Origin: Vicugna vicugna | Lineage: Eukaryota | NCBI GenBank assembly: GCA_013265495.1 | Contig: MU058636.1 | Location: 2,542,001 to 2,606,000, forward strand | DNA length: 64,000 nt | Direction of reading: 5' to 3' | Shown: one piece after another, positions 12,562 through 25,659 of the stretch | How the letters are laid out: the number at the start of each line of letters is the position of its first letter | Numbering within the stretch: position 1 is the stretch's first letter | Position numbers and translations under genes: made by a program | The notes under the pieces: generated by a model | What the model was told of the DNA's origin: nothing | The model's input: the letters and a program-made list of their open reading frames with translations, nothing else | Database searches by the model: none

Positions 12562-15479
12562 AAAAATTGTGAAGTATTTATTATATGTATTTATCGGGGG
12601 AGGTGTCCATGACATGCAAAATGTAAAAATGGAGTTAAAAAAATTCATTCCCTGAGTGTTAAAAAAAAACCTGGGCTGCTACACATCAAACTCTATTTCT
12701 TGGGGTGGGTTAGGGGACTTTGGTATATTTTTACTTTTTTCCCCCCACACAGTGAAGATTCATTAAATAAAAACACATTGACAAAATGTTTTTCCATTTT
12801 GGAAAAAAATCATTCAAAACAAAAACAAAAAAATAAACATTAAATATAATAGGCAAGAAATGAATACCCTATGTTTTCTTGGTGAAATTCTGTCCTGGAA
12901 GGAAGAGTAACAAATGCTTTTTATTTACAAATGCGAATAAGTCTTCTTTTGGAGAAATACGTAATATTTTTATTGGAGAGATTTAAAATATCAGTTAATT
13001 GAATATTTTGCTTAAATGTTAGATTGGTCTAGCCTTTGAAAAGTCAAGTTTCCTCTTTTCCTGGCCCTCTGTAAATGGGGAAATAGAGCATTTAATTTAT
13101 ATGTATATTCTTTTTTGCTCTTTTTGCTCAAGGTGAAATAAAAATAAAATAGCCTCTGCCACTGAAAAAAAAGATATTTTTCTGAACACATTTCTGATTA
13201 CATATTAGAATAAAATGTGGTGTACTTCTCATGTATGTACTTAGATAGGAAGAGTAAAGCTCCAGAGAGCGGTTAAATTTTTACCTAATTTGGCACATTG
13301 TGACCAAATTCAGCACCGTGGAGAGCTACTGTCCCTGACCCTATAGTTACCATCCTCCAACCACTGATTCAGCTTTTAACCGCATTGTGTTGACAGTGAG
13401 CTTGTAAAATTCATTCAGTTTTCAGTGCATCAAGTTTTAGACCACCTATACTTGTGCCCATTGAGAATAAGCATATCAACATTGTGAAATAGGACCAAGA
13501 GCTTGGCTATTCCTAAGTAGTTACCATTTCAGAAAACAGAGGAGTGATTACTTTGAAACTTTCTAAAGCGGGTGAATACATTGACTTGTATGTTAATGTT
13601 TGCAAGTCACTTCACATAAAACTATCCTATTAAATGTGATGGAACATTGTAGACCTCAATATATGCTTAGTAAAAATGTCAACTAAACTTTGAAAGTTGG
13701 GATTTTGACATTTTTGCATCATAAATATATTTACCATTAAATTTTGGGCTCATAGCATATACATTTTTGTATCCTAAAGTTCTTCTGAGGGATAATTTAT
13801 TGCATGGTAGGAGTTGCAGTTGGAGCTTTTTTGGCAACTAAGTTTTATTAAATCAGATGGAATTGCATTTACATTCAAAGGCACAGTGCTTGAATATTTA
13901 TGTGAAAATTCACAACTGATAAAGCATTCCGCAGCAGACCTAGCAGCTCAAGAAAGCTGTGCACAGTATGTTTCAACTTTTTAAAATCCATGCCTCATTT
14001 TAATAGCATAAAAATCCCCCAAACTTTCTTTAGCTTTTACATTTTCTAATTAAATATTATGACAAATATAAAGTATATGATCAGTATGTATTTTTCCATA
14101 TAATCTCCTCTAGATAGTCTGGTACAGCCCTCCTTGGAGGAGGGGGAGAGGGTGTCTAACTCGTTACCCAGTTTAGAATCTTTATAATCTTCATCTTAAA
14201 AGACTGAAAAAAAGGGGGCCATGCTGTATTGAAAGTGGTGTAAGCATTCAGCATTTTGAGCTCCATTTGGGAGGAGATCGCATCATCCCAAGTGCCTGGA
14301 CAAAGAGTCGGCCGGGGTGATGCATGGGAGAGAGGAGTGTCTGAACTGTTAGCCTCCTCCCTGGTGAGCCTGCAGTTTAATAACATGCCTATAATAAAAA
14401 TAAGATGCATGTAGTTGTAATAAAAAGACACACTTACCTATAGTAAAGTAAGATGTACGTAACTGTCATTAAAAAAATATGGTATGATGATGCCAAAAGG
14501 AGAGATCTGGGGATTCAATATCTGGCTCCTTCTCCACCTGTTTTTTTTTTTTTCTTTTGATGTGTGTGTGTGTGGGAGGGAGGAGAAATTCAGAAAGTCT
14601 TCATGGAAGAGGTGTCCTTTTGAGCTCAAAAAGGTGGAGCTGTTGGGTAGGGAGGACAGTTTTCCTGGGCCCAATTCTCATCAGACCTCGAGTGTCAAGC
14701 TGAGAAGTTTGGCTTTCACCCATCATCCAGCAGGGTTACCTCACAGTCATGTTAGTGGATGACACGAGAGGGTGGCTCTACTGAGTTCCTCCTCATCCAG
14801 GAACACCTTTCATGCTGTGTTGGACAGAACAAACATGGTAACAGGAAACTGAAGCTCAGGATGGATGAAGAGATTGTGTATGAGCTTCTAGATGCTTGTC
14901 AGTCCACTTAATGATTCAGGAATGTATATGCATTTGACTGATCAGGTTCTGTCTGGATGAGATGGTCATACCACTAGTGGAGACAGTGAGCTGCGGGAAA
15001 CTTCAGGCATGCCCAGTGGTTAAAGGTGGGCAAAGGCAGTTTTGTTTGTCGGCGAGGAAGAGGGTGCAGGGCTTAAACCACAAGTTGGAGAGCCCGATGC
15101 TGAGCCCACGTTGGGTTTTAAGCAGCATCAGCAATTGGTGAGTTACGAGTACTGAGAAAAATAAACAGGGGTCCTTCGGACAATGTTGGTTAGCATGGAG
15201 AGCAGGTCACGGATAACGGCTTCATTTTCTTCTTTCTTCCTTTTCATTTTTCTCTTTTTCTTTTGGATGGAAGGTGATGTGATCATTATTTCAGTAACAC
15301 GCTTGACATAGTCTGTCCTCTTCTGGACAAGATGGGCAGCGGGGGTGGTGGCTGCAGGGCCCGGCCTGGTGGGTGAGGCGCGCCTGCGTGGACGGCCGTA
15401 GAGCACTGACTAGCAGAGGATGAGCTCCCTCTCCCTGTACCAGCTGCTGCCTCTCTGTCCCCTGCCCTGTCCTGCTGCC

Positions 15480-16300
15480 TCTCGCATCAGTGAATGAATG
15501 ATAACATGAAGGGTGCATTTCCCTCTTTGAAGATGATATGAAAACAGAATGGATTGCAAACCTTTTGGATGAAAAATAGAAGGTAGGCCCAGGAAGTTTT
15601 AAATAAGATTGAACAGTGGACGTAGAACCAGCAAGATGCGGTTCAAGACATGTTTTTGTGGTCCTACCCTGGATGCTAAAAGTCAGTTACAAATTTCCAG
15701 GATTGAGTTGGTGTTGTTTAGGAGTAACTCATAGGGTGCTTTGGCATTCTGATGGGTGATGCGGAATCAGCAAACTTCCATGTCCATGAAGTGATCATGC
15801 TCTTGGATTGTGTGGTTAGAGGTATAACTAAGAGGGTGTAAGTCTTACTGCCATGTGACCCTGGGCGATGCACCTGGGGCTGAATATCGTGTGCAGCTCT
15901 GAGCACCCTGTTTAAGATACACCCTGTAAGCACTTCTGGGGCTCTCTGGTGTGTGTGCTTAGGTAGTGGGAATTTTTGAAAGCTGCTCCAGCTTGGGAGA
16001 ATATGAGTTCCTTAACAGGAAAACCAGGTTTGGGGAGGAAGGGAGCATCACAGCTCTTCACAAATACCCGAAGGGTTGTCCAGGTGGTGAGGGGTTGCCG
16101 TTCTGCTCTGGAGACGAGGACCTCAGTCCTGGGAGGTTTGCTGGTGGCCCTGTGCAGGGGTGTGGTGGGCTATCTGCAGAGCTGGTGGGGTTCCCAACTC
16201 TAGAGTTTTCACCTGAGCAGTAGGGAGAACTACTTGGTAGATTATTAAACATCAGGTCGGCTGTGAGCCTAGAAAATCCTTAAGCTCCTTTTGGACCTGG
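15480..16300 (+). mobile_element. Ancient CR1/L3-like fragment
   Basis: Degenerate motifs gaatatcgtgtgcagctctgagcacc and cttcacaaatacccgaagggttgtc resemble CR1/L3 3' sequence. Confidence 0.5.
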
Positions 16301-17246
16301 GACTTAGTTAATGGACTTTTTCTAAGATAAATTGCCATTTACCACTACAACCCTTGTTTGTAACTTTTATAGTCGTGAATGTGAAGCCCGTGACAGTTCC
16401 ATGCCTCACCCTGGGCAAATGCACTTTATGTGGCGTGGGGTCACCACCGTTGATTGATGTATTTGCGTTTCTTGTTTACTCACACACTCCTGTATCGTAA
16501 GCCTGAATTTTTATGATCATGTTTATATTGGGGAAAATATGTTTATCTTAGTAGAGTACCTGGATTGAAATCCAGATGGAGAAGAAACCTCCTACTTGTG
16601 TTGGCCCTGTGACTGCCTTCTGGTAAAAGGACAGGGCTGGAGGAGGGAGGTGTGAAGCTGGGCAAGAAGGGAAGGAGACAGGAAATGTTACCTCCTGTAT
16701 GTAATTTTGCCTTTATGATTGAAGATGGTTTTCAAATTTGCTTTTCTTGTCTTGTGTGAGCTTCCTCTCCTCTTTTGGTTTCTGGTCTTACTTTTCTATT
16801 CTTGTTCTTACAACAGTGACTTTTTATTCTTTCCGTGTGATCTGCACACTTTCACCAATAGGCAGCGTTTTGTTTATAGCTTCCACTTTCTGCATGGCTT
16901 TTACTTTCCTACCTCTGTTTGGGCTCTGCCACTTCCATGCTTTGTGACCTGGGGAGTGTTACCTGTGTGAGAGAGAAAAAGAAAAAAGCTTACCTAGTGA
17001 GAGAGAAAAAAAGCAAGGGGATGTTAAGATCTCTTTCTGGAGCCGTTACAAATATTAAATAGTTTAACTTAAATTAAAATTAAAAATTAAATAAAGTTAA
17101 TTATAATTTTAAAATGAAATATTACAGGTAAGTGTTAGTGTTGAGAAGAATACTTGGCCCCCAGGAGGTTCTAGCTTTCCATCTACTTACCAATCAGTAA
17201 CGTTTCTTATTTACTGACAAAGAACATCTATTATATAATTGTTAAT

Positions 17247-17890
17247 TTAAAAGCTAAAAATAGAGCTACCATGTGATTCAGAAATCCCACTTCTGGGCAA
17301 ATATCTGGAGAAAACTCTAATTTGAAAAGATATGTGCACCCTAGTGTTCATAGCAGCACTATTTACAACAGCCAAGACATGGAAGCAACCTAAATGTACA
17401 TCGACAGATAACTGAATAAAGAAGCTGTGGTATATATACAAAATGGAATACTACTCAGCCATAAAAAAGAATGAAATAATGCCATTTTCAGCAACATAGA
17501 TGGACCTAGAGACTATCATACTAGGTATAGTAAAAGTCAGAGAAAGGCAGATACCATATGATATCATGTTTATATGTGAAATCTAAAAAAATGACACAAA
17601 TGAACTTACTTACAAAACATGGACCCACAGACATAGAAAACAAACTTATGGTTCCCAAAGAGAAAAGGAGTGGGGAGGAATAAATTAGGAGTTTGGGATT
17701 AGCAGATACAAACTATTATGTATAAAACAGGTAGACAGCAAGGTCCTGTACAGCACAGGGAACAATATTCAATATCTTGTAATAACCTGTAATTAAAAAG
17801 TGTATGAAAAAGAATATAACTGAATCACTATGCTGTACACCAGAAACTAGCACAACATTGGAATTTAGCTGTACTTCAATAAGAAAAAAT
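17247..17890 (+). mobile_element. 5'-truncated lineage-specific L1
   Basis: aaaatagagctaccatgtgattcagaaatcccacttctggg ... gctgtacaccagaaactagcacaacattg ... caataagaaaaaa. Confidence 0.92.
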
Positions 17891-19519
17891 TAAGGTACAA
17901 CTCTTTCTAACAAGACACTGATTTCACACTCTCTAGCAATCATGTTGTGAACTGCAGTGTCTGGTGCCCTGGTTTGGTTTGTTAGTGCTGAGAATTCATT
18001 TATTTCCTTCTACCAGCCTCGACAGTTGAAACCCAAGAGAGCTCTTGGTTTCGTGCTTATAATTCTGCCCACAGAGAACTAGAGATGCTCACTTTCTATG
18101 GTTGGCTTACGTTTGTGGAATTTCTTCCTCTCCCTGACTTTCTAGGACACCCATTTCCCGACCTAGAAAGCACGGTGTTCTTTTAAACGGCTGTCTTATT
18201 GATTTGCCTACATGCTTTTTGTATCTGTGCCTGGAGGCACAAGGAAAGTACCTGGAAAGCTGATGAAAGAAACAAATACGGGTGCATTGAGAATCCCGGA
18301 GGCTGGGATCAGAGCATTGGCACCTTGGTTAGGCTTGAGGGCTGTATCGGGGTAAGACTGGACCTGGGGGTACCACTGGCTTGCTGAAGACAGGCTAGAA
18401 GAAGACAGAGAAGGGGAAAAAGAAAGTGGAGACAGTACAAGAAGGGAGTGGAAAGATGAGGACGTGAGTATGACAGGGACCGACTGGAAGTGCGGCATGG
18501 CGGGAGATGGAAGTACACACCTTTGTACAGGTGTGTGTATTTGGACAGGATTCTACAAACATGGGGAAATACATGGAAGGACCCAGAGCAGGATGTTAAT
18601 GTGCCTGGGGGTGAGGGGGGGAGAAGGGGCGAATAAAAAGAAAAGCAGCTTGTAGAAAATGACCTCATTTATGTAAAAAGGACATATACATGTGAAAAAA
18701 ATGGAAGGAAAAGAAATCTCTATCAACTGAGATCGTAGGGGTGCCCATGGGAGGTTGTCAATTGAAAGATTAAGTTGGGAAGGTTGGGGCTGGGGTGGAG
18801 AGGAGCTTGGAAGTAGCTGCAAGCTCTTGGTGATTTTTCAGTCCTTTGTTTTTCCTGTTTATTATATTATTTTGTTTTATAACATATGTTATAAAACAAA
18901 TATACACATGTGTATCTACACATATGGTATATATACACACATACATGTATAATGCATGTACAAGTGTACATATATATGTAGATGTACACACACATGTTCT
19001 TTTGAATGTGTGAAATAACATATTCAACAATCATGCAGGACAGACGAGTGGGTTGCCATGTAACGTGTTTTAGCAGAAACATAACAGCAGTCTCCTGTGT
19101 CGTAAGTGCGTGCACTTGTATGTGTTTGTATGAAGCAGAGGAAGGTGTGGAAGGAGGCTGTTAATGTTGAATCCCCACTGGGAGAGTTGGGGCCAAGGCA
19201 GAACCCTGTTACTTTTAAAGTCTCCCATCCCCCGTGCCTAATAAATGCATTCACAGCAGCAGATAAAACTGTTAGCCTTGAGTTGAGTGGTTTACTGGTG
19301 ATCTGTGCATCTACTTGGATAGAAACTTAAATACTCTATTAAAATTCAAACTCTGTGGGGTCAGAAATGACATTGATCTTCATCATGCATTTAATCATTA
19401 TTCATTCGTTCATACTACAAATACATGTGAAATGGGTTATATATATATATATATATCAGGTATTACCAACCTTTTCTAATATTTTCTTCAGTGCCTAGCA
19501 CATTTGAAGTTTTTTTTTA

Positions 19520-19830
19520 AAGTAAAAATATAAGGTATTATGAAAGTTCATCATAGAAGGACCTAATCTAGTGGATCAGGAAGGCTTCCTGGAGGAAGTG
19601 GCATTTATGCTGCAAATTGAAGATGACAAGGGAGTTAGTTGGCTGAGACTGGGGGAAAAGTCCACATTCCATGAAGATGGGAGTATGTGCAGAGGCCCCA
19701 AAGCAGGAGAAAGGAACATGGTAACATGAGGAACGAGGACAGTGTGGCTGCCCCCCAGGGAGTAAGAGGACAAGTGGAGGTGAGGCTGGAAAGGTGTGTA
19801 GGGGCTAGACCATGCAGACCTTTCAGGCAG
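19520..19830 (-). mobile_element. L2 fragment
   Basis: caggaaggcttcctggaggaagtggcattt motif. Confidence 0.65.
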
Positions 19831-19839
19831 GAATAGAAT

Positions 19840-20870
19840 TTCCTCCAACTTTTTATTTTGAAAAATATCAAACCTATACAAAAAGTGCAGGTGTAGCAGA
19901 GGGGATCCACCTAGATTTTCAGATTGCTGACATTTTGCCATGGTTGTGTGCACTCTCTCTTTTACACATACACACATTTCTCTCTTTGTTGAACCATTAG
20001 AGTAGGTTACAGACCACATGTCACGTTAAAAAGCTTGACATGTTTAATATTGTGTATCTTCCAGGAACAGATTACTGCTGGTATAATCACAATGCTAGTT
20101 ACACATCCAAGAAAGTTAACCCTGATCAAGTATCTTTACCCAATATATAGCCCACATTTAAATCTCACATTGTCTCAATGTTCTTTGCGAAAGTTTTCAA
20201 AATCCAAGACTCAGTCAAGGAGCATGCATTGCGTCTAGATAGCCATTGGCATTTTAGGGGCAAGTTTAGGCCAGTTACTTTGTAGAAAGCCCATCAATTT
20301 CAGTTTTGCCTGTTTATTTCCTCTTGATTGAACTCAGGTTGGACGTGTATAGCCAGGATACTGTCATCAGGGCCGAGGGAGGCCCTGAGAACTGCCTAAC
20401 CTCAGGAGCACTTGCTATCAATTTCCATATTGATGATGTTAAATTTGATCACTTGGTTAAAGTGGTGTCCACCAGCATTCTTCCTCGTACAGATGAAGTT
20501 TTCCTTTGGAATAAATAAAGTAATCTATAGAGAATGGTGCCTTAACAATTCTGTAACTATCTTGTTCCCTAACAGTTTTTCATTCAGTGATTTCTAGCAA
20601 CCATTGGCGTCCCTTGCCCAAGATGATTATTACTCTGGTGAACATGAAGTGGTGATGTTTAAATTGTATAGTTTTTTCATATGTTACTTGATGTTCTTCT
20701 GTGAAAAAGAGCATGCCTTTCCCTTTCACCCTTTTCCATCAGTATCAGCATGGACTTGTGGGTTTTTAAAATACGAATTTAATGTTTAAGATGTGTTCAT
20801 AATCCATGCCTAACAGTAATCATTTTGATCTTACAATTTCCCATATTTGTCTAGCAGGAGAGCCCCATCG
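19840..20870 (-). mobile_element. Old L1MC-like 3' region
   Basis: aactttttattttgaaaaatatcaaacctatacaaaaagt start; tttgatcacttggttaaagtggtgtc motif. Confidence 0.65.
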
Positions 20871-21014
20871 GAAAGGTTTTTGAGAAACAGTGTCTGGCCT
20901 GAGCAGATGAAATGACAGGAGGAAAGTGATGAATGAATGTGTGTTTACCACAGTGTTTTCTTGTGAGAGCTCCACCTGTCACTCTAACATGCTTTTCTTT
21001 TTATTTCTCTTTAG

Positions 21015-21255
21015 GTTTCATGGGCTAACGGGCTCTCATTCAGCAGGCACCTAACAGACAAGTCATCCAGCTGCGTATCAAGACAATGCTCGGTTTTAAA
21101 ACTGCTCTGAGAGTGATGAGCAGTGCTGCCCAGTGACTTTGTCCGGGGGCAGCAAGCAGCTTGAGTGTTTCCTCTCCACCGCATAGCAGCTTGAAGGAAG
21201 CCCCTTCCCATTCAGGAGGACTGCATGGCAGGCAGCCCCCGCTGAAGGCTTGGAA
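21015..21255 (+). other. MTUS2: MTUS2 5' UTR portion of the large exon
   Basis: Long polypyrimidine tract and acceptor (cttttctttttatttctctttAG|G at 21013-21014) 241 nt upstream of the ATG. No earlier exon or promoter is recognisable in the window. Confidence 0.75.
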
Positions 21256-23466
21256 ATGAGCGTCCCAGCGGCTCCTAAGAAGTCGTGCTACACTGAGTTG
21301 CGGGACAACAGAAATGGAGCAAAAAATAATAATGAGAGCATCCTGAGTCTGGGGGACACCAATGCCAACCCCGTCATGTGGGGGGTCAGCTCCTCTCATG
21401 ATGAGCCGGCGACTTGTGACCGGACAGATGAACTTGGAAATGCAAATGCAGGGGGGCCAGAGAATGGTACCCGGGTCCATAAGGACTTTCAGCCACTTCA
21501 GAGCTTTGGGAAGGGGCCTCAGGCTGGCCCCACCAGCCTGAAGGATTTAAAATTTCCTCCGACAGCTCAGAGCGAGCTGAGCGTGGAGTCCACGCTGGAA
21601 AGAGGCGCAGAGAGCCTGCAGACCCCTCGGGGTCTCCACGGCCCAGGCCGGCCAAGCTGGAGGACTGTCGGGGGCGAGGCCAGTCCCGAGGTCTCAGCCA
21701 GGAGGGAGGCTGAAGCTCCCCGGCATGCTCCCAAGGATAAGTTGGCCAAGACCCTGGACAGTGAGGAGCTGAGGAGGCGTTCTTTGGAGAGGGCCAGCAG
21801 CTCTGCGGTTGCAGGCGACGTGCTCGCTAAGGAGCGCCCCGGGGGCCTGGCCCGGCCACCTCCGCAGCCTGGAGGACTGGGCCCCCCAGAAGCCCTCTGG
21901 CTGGTGGCCAGTGGTGGGCAGGGGCCACAGAAGACGGGGACAGTCCCCTTTCCAGGGCCAGCTTGTCCTCCAGCTGCCAGTAACCCTGCGCGTCCTCCGA
22001 AACCATCTACCTCAGAAACCAAGGAGACCACCCCCTTAGAGGCCCGGACTGAGGGCGGGCAGGTACTGAGAGCTAGCGCCCAGAGCACAGCCCCTCCTGC
22101 CCGCCCAGAGGGCACCCCGAATTCCACTCCACTGTTGAGGGAAGTCCTGAGTAAGCCAGAAGCACAGTCGGGCCAGGGAAAGGCAGAGCCCAAGATGGAG
22201 CTGAAACTGGGCCAGCCCAGGCCCATGCAGGAGTTCAAGTCCACCCAGGTGGAGGGGCTGGGATGTCCTGGGGAGGAGGATGTGTCACCCCCGGGGAGAA
22301 AGGAGCTGCGTGGGGAAGCACAGCAGGAAGCTGCCGCCGCTGCCGCACTCAGCAGCCTGCCGCACAGCGGTCCTCACCCCCCAGGCGTGGGAAGAGGCAG
22401 GAGTGAGCAGGAAAAGAGAGGCCAGGAGGGTTCTCTGCAGACCACCCCCAAACAGAGCCCTGCTCCCCCGAGAGCTGCTGATAATCAGCCCACGGGCAGA
22501 ATTTCACCAAGTGCAGCTGAGAAGCTGGGTGAAGCGGCGTCCCGCAGCATCTCACCAGGTGATGGTCACGCAGCTTTGGTTCCTGCTGATTCGACTGACA
22601 GTGGACCCTCAGATGCCCGTGAGGAGAGCGGGGTGCTGGGCGGTGGGGACAGGGATGGTGCTACAGTCTTCACTTCAGATCCTTCTGTTGGAAAGAGTGA
22701 AACTGGGGTCGCTGAGCCCCTCAACCCTCCTCACAGCAGCTCAGAAGCTGGGGAGAGCACAGAGATCACGACACCCGTGGCTGCGAACAGGCACTGTCTA
22801 GAAGATGCAGTTGAGGTGGACAGCGCCCCAGCAAGAGCGGCTTCTCTTCCCCAGGTCCCAGCGCCCCTCCACCCAGAGACCGCTGTGAACGTGGGCCGCC
22901 AGCCTCCACCAGCCAGCGGCGGCTTTCGGGACTCGGGCGTGTTGGGTGGGGACGCAGGGTCCCCCTCGGTCGCCCTGCCTCCCGCCGACAGCGCAGGGTT
23001 GTCCAACGCTTCCCCGAAAGTGCCTGACAAGCACGCCTGCCCCAGTGGGATTTCCAAGCCTGTTGTCGCCCGTCCCGAGGACACACCTGCCGCCCCAGAG
23101 GGAAGGGAGGGCCTCCGGGTTGAAAAGACGGAAGAAAGGGCAGACCCCAGGCCTGTCGTCCTGCCCAAGCCCAAGCACGTTAGGCCGAAGATCATCACCT
23201 ACATCAGGAGGAGCCCTCAGGCCCTCGGCCAGGTGGACGCTTCGCTGGTCCCCGTGGGGCTGCCGTATGCCCCGCCTGCGTGCGCCGTGCCTCTCCCCAA
23301 GGAGGACAAGGCGGTGAGCGGGGACCTGAAGCCGCCTGCCGGCCTCTACGAGAAGTTCAAGCCTGACTTGCAGCGGCCCCGAGTGTTCAGCTCCGGGCTG
23401 GTGGTGTCTGGGATCAAGCCCCCTGGACACCACTTCAGTCAGATGAGTGAAAAGTTTCTGCAGGAG
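21256..23466 (+). CDS. MTUS2: MTUS2 first coding exon, 737 codons, low-complexity N-terminal region
   Basis: 750-aa ORF starting MSVPAAPKKSCYTELRDNRN and containing PKPKHVRPKIITYIRR and FSQMSEKFLQE, recognised as MTUS2. Ends at GAG|GTAAGA, phase 0. True start taken as ATG 21256, not the TTG used by the ORF track. Confidence 0.95.
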
Positions 23467-24039
23467 GTAAGAGAATGGCATCGTGACACCGTCTCCAAGT
23501 GACACTTCCTCAGATCTGTTATGCATTTTTGATGAATTGGGAAAACAGAATATCCTCTCTCGGCCAGTCGCAGACTGTGACGGAGACACTCGTGCAGCAA
23601 TGGGTATTTTTAACCAGGGGAGGTTGTAGGCAGATGGACAGCTTTGATTTAGAAGAGTCTGGTGGTCAGGATGAGAGGGCCTCTGACATCTGAGGAGACT
23701 CGTTAAAATTCTACCTGACGTAACACGTGAAAGGTAGGGAAGTGTGCATTTGACCTGGCTTCCTTGTTTCAGCAAGCGAGCATAATTCTTCTAGAAACCA
23801 GGCCAATGCAAAAATTCCAAAATAAATATACCATTCAAATGGGTCAGACTTGATCTCTATGCAGACATACCAAGAGCACAGTGAGTAGGAAGCATGTTAG
23901 GCCTCGGCTCCATTTTAAGTCAAAACAATAATTACAGCTGGCATTTAGTTGAGTGCCTACTGTGCACCGGGCCCACTTGACATCACATTTAATCTTTGCC
24001 AACCTTCGCCAGTCCTTGCAGTGATTCTGTGCAGGGCAG

Positions 24040-24310
24040 GATTGCAGCTCTCCTCACTCCTCTCCCTGACATGCTTCAGGTCTTCCCAGGCCACTCGGAA
24101 TGTGGGCTGGAGCCCAGAGCCTGCTCGGCCATCAGGATGCACTCAGTCTGGCTCCTTTACCTCTCGACCACCTCTCCTTCCTTCACTCTCCCTCTGCTGC
24201 CTCAGGGCCTTTGCACGTCCCTCTGCTCAGAAGGTCTTCTTCCAGATATCTGAATGGCTCTCCCCTTCGCTTTCTTTAGGCCTCTGTTCAAAGACACTTT
24301 ATTGGTGACT
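24040..24310 (+). mobile_element. L2 fragment
   Basis: cctcagggcctttgcac...cttccagatatctgaatggctc motif. Confidence 0.6.
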
Positions 24311-25221
24311 TTCATTTGTACACTTTCTTTAGATAAGTAATTTAGTACCCCTTCCCACCCACCAAACAAACAAAAAACATCCCCTAGATTTTTCTCTGCA
24401 GAAACACACTTGTGAGAGAAACTTTATTGGAGATGTAGGCAGAAATCCTGTTAGTATCTGCAATTCTTTCTCTGTGACATTTCTGAATTTTTCTTGGGTA
24501 TAATTCCTTTCTTTATTGCTGCTGCTTCCTCCATAAAATACAGAATAATTTCTATGTTAGATGTACATTCCTCCCCACCCCATGTATTTTTTATTCTTAG
24601 TCCTCTAGAAGCCACCCCGGATCTCCAGGAAATGGGTTGGTGTGAGTGTGTAGCTTTAGTAGTTCTGAGGAGTTCAGGGAGACCCTGTTGGTGTCGGGGT
24701 AGCAGTGCTGCTGTGTGCCAGCCACTCTCTCTGAGGACCATTTTCAGCCACAGTCAGAGCATCTGAGGCCCAGGCCCTTTCCTCAGGCTGCAGGATAGAG
24801 CAGAGAAGCCCCAGACATTGCACTGGGCAAATTTCTGATGGCATCTTTAATCAAAAGTGGAGAATAGGCTGGTTTTTGGCCTTTCCTCCCATGGCTGTGA
24901 CTTGATGTAACCCAAAGAGTCCCCTCCTGTGTTCAGCCTCTGGAAGTGGCTCTGAAGGTAATCATGAATCTAGTCATGCCTTGATGGTAAAATATGCTTA
25001 CTTGTTTGGACTGCTTTCTGCTTTCAGCTACCCTGAGGCTGCAGGGGACTCCCTCCTATCGATGCTTTGGGAGAACCCTTTTAATGATTGGTGGAAGGAG
25101 GTGGGAGGCAGGGAGCAGGGGTGAGTGGACCAGGTGAGGCAGTGTGCTTGCAGTATATGGGAGTGTGATTAGGGCTGGACTCCCCTCCTCCTCCCTGGAA
25201 CCCCCTCATCTCTGTAGGACA

Positions 25222-25659
25222 CTGTGTCTCTCAGGTTCTCCAGGGAACCAGGTCATATATACAAGTATATATGTATCTCTGTGTGTATCTATCTATTTTC
25301 CTATCTATTGAGACTTTAAGGAATTGGCTCACACAATTGTGGAGACGGCAAGTCCAAAATATGCAGCGGGGGCCAACAGGCTGGAGACCTGGGAAGAGTT
25401 GATGTTACAGTTTGAGTCCAAAGGCCATCTGCTGGCAGATTTCCCTCTTCTTTAAGGGAGGTCAATGTTTTTCTATTAAGGCCTTCAACTGATTGGATGA
25501 GGCCCACCCACATTATGAAGGGTAATCTGCTTTATTCCAGGTCTATTGAACTCAATGCTGAGCTCATCTAAAAAATACCTTCAGAGAAACATCTAGAATC
25601 ATCTTTGACTGAATGTGTGGATCGCATGGTGTCTTAAGTTGACAAAATGAGCTGTCACA
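25222..25659. mobile_element. MLT2 (ERVL) solo LTR
   Basis: TG...CA termini; aaggaattggctcacacaattgtggag and ccttcaactgattggatgaggcccacccacatt motifs. Confidence 0.85.

Noticed and set aside
21250..23502. Treating the 750-aa ORF as a single-exon gene or retrocopy
   Set aside because: A canonical donor at 23467 and two downstream in-phase MTUS2 exons show it is an exon of the spliced gene.
22798..23775. 325-aa antisense ORF, and other 150-225-aa ORFs overlapping the large exon
   Set aside because: Shadow frames of GC-rich coding sequence; mostly non-ATG starts and no recognisable domain.
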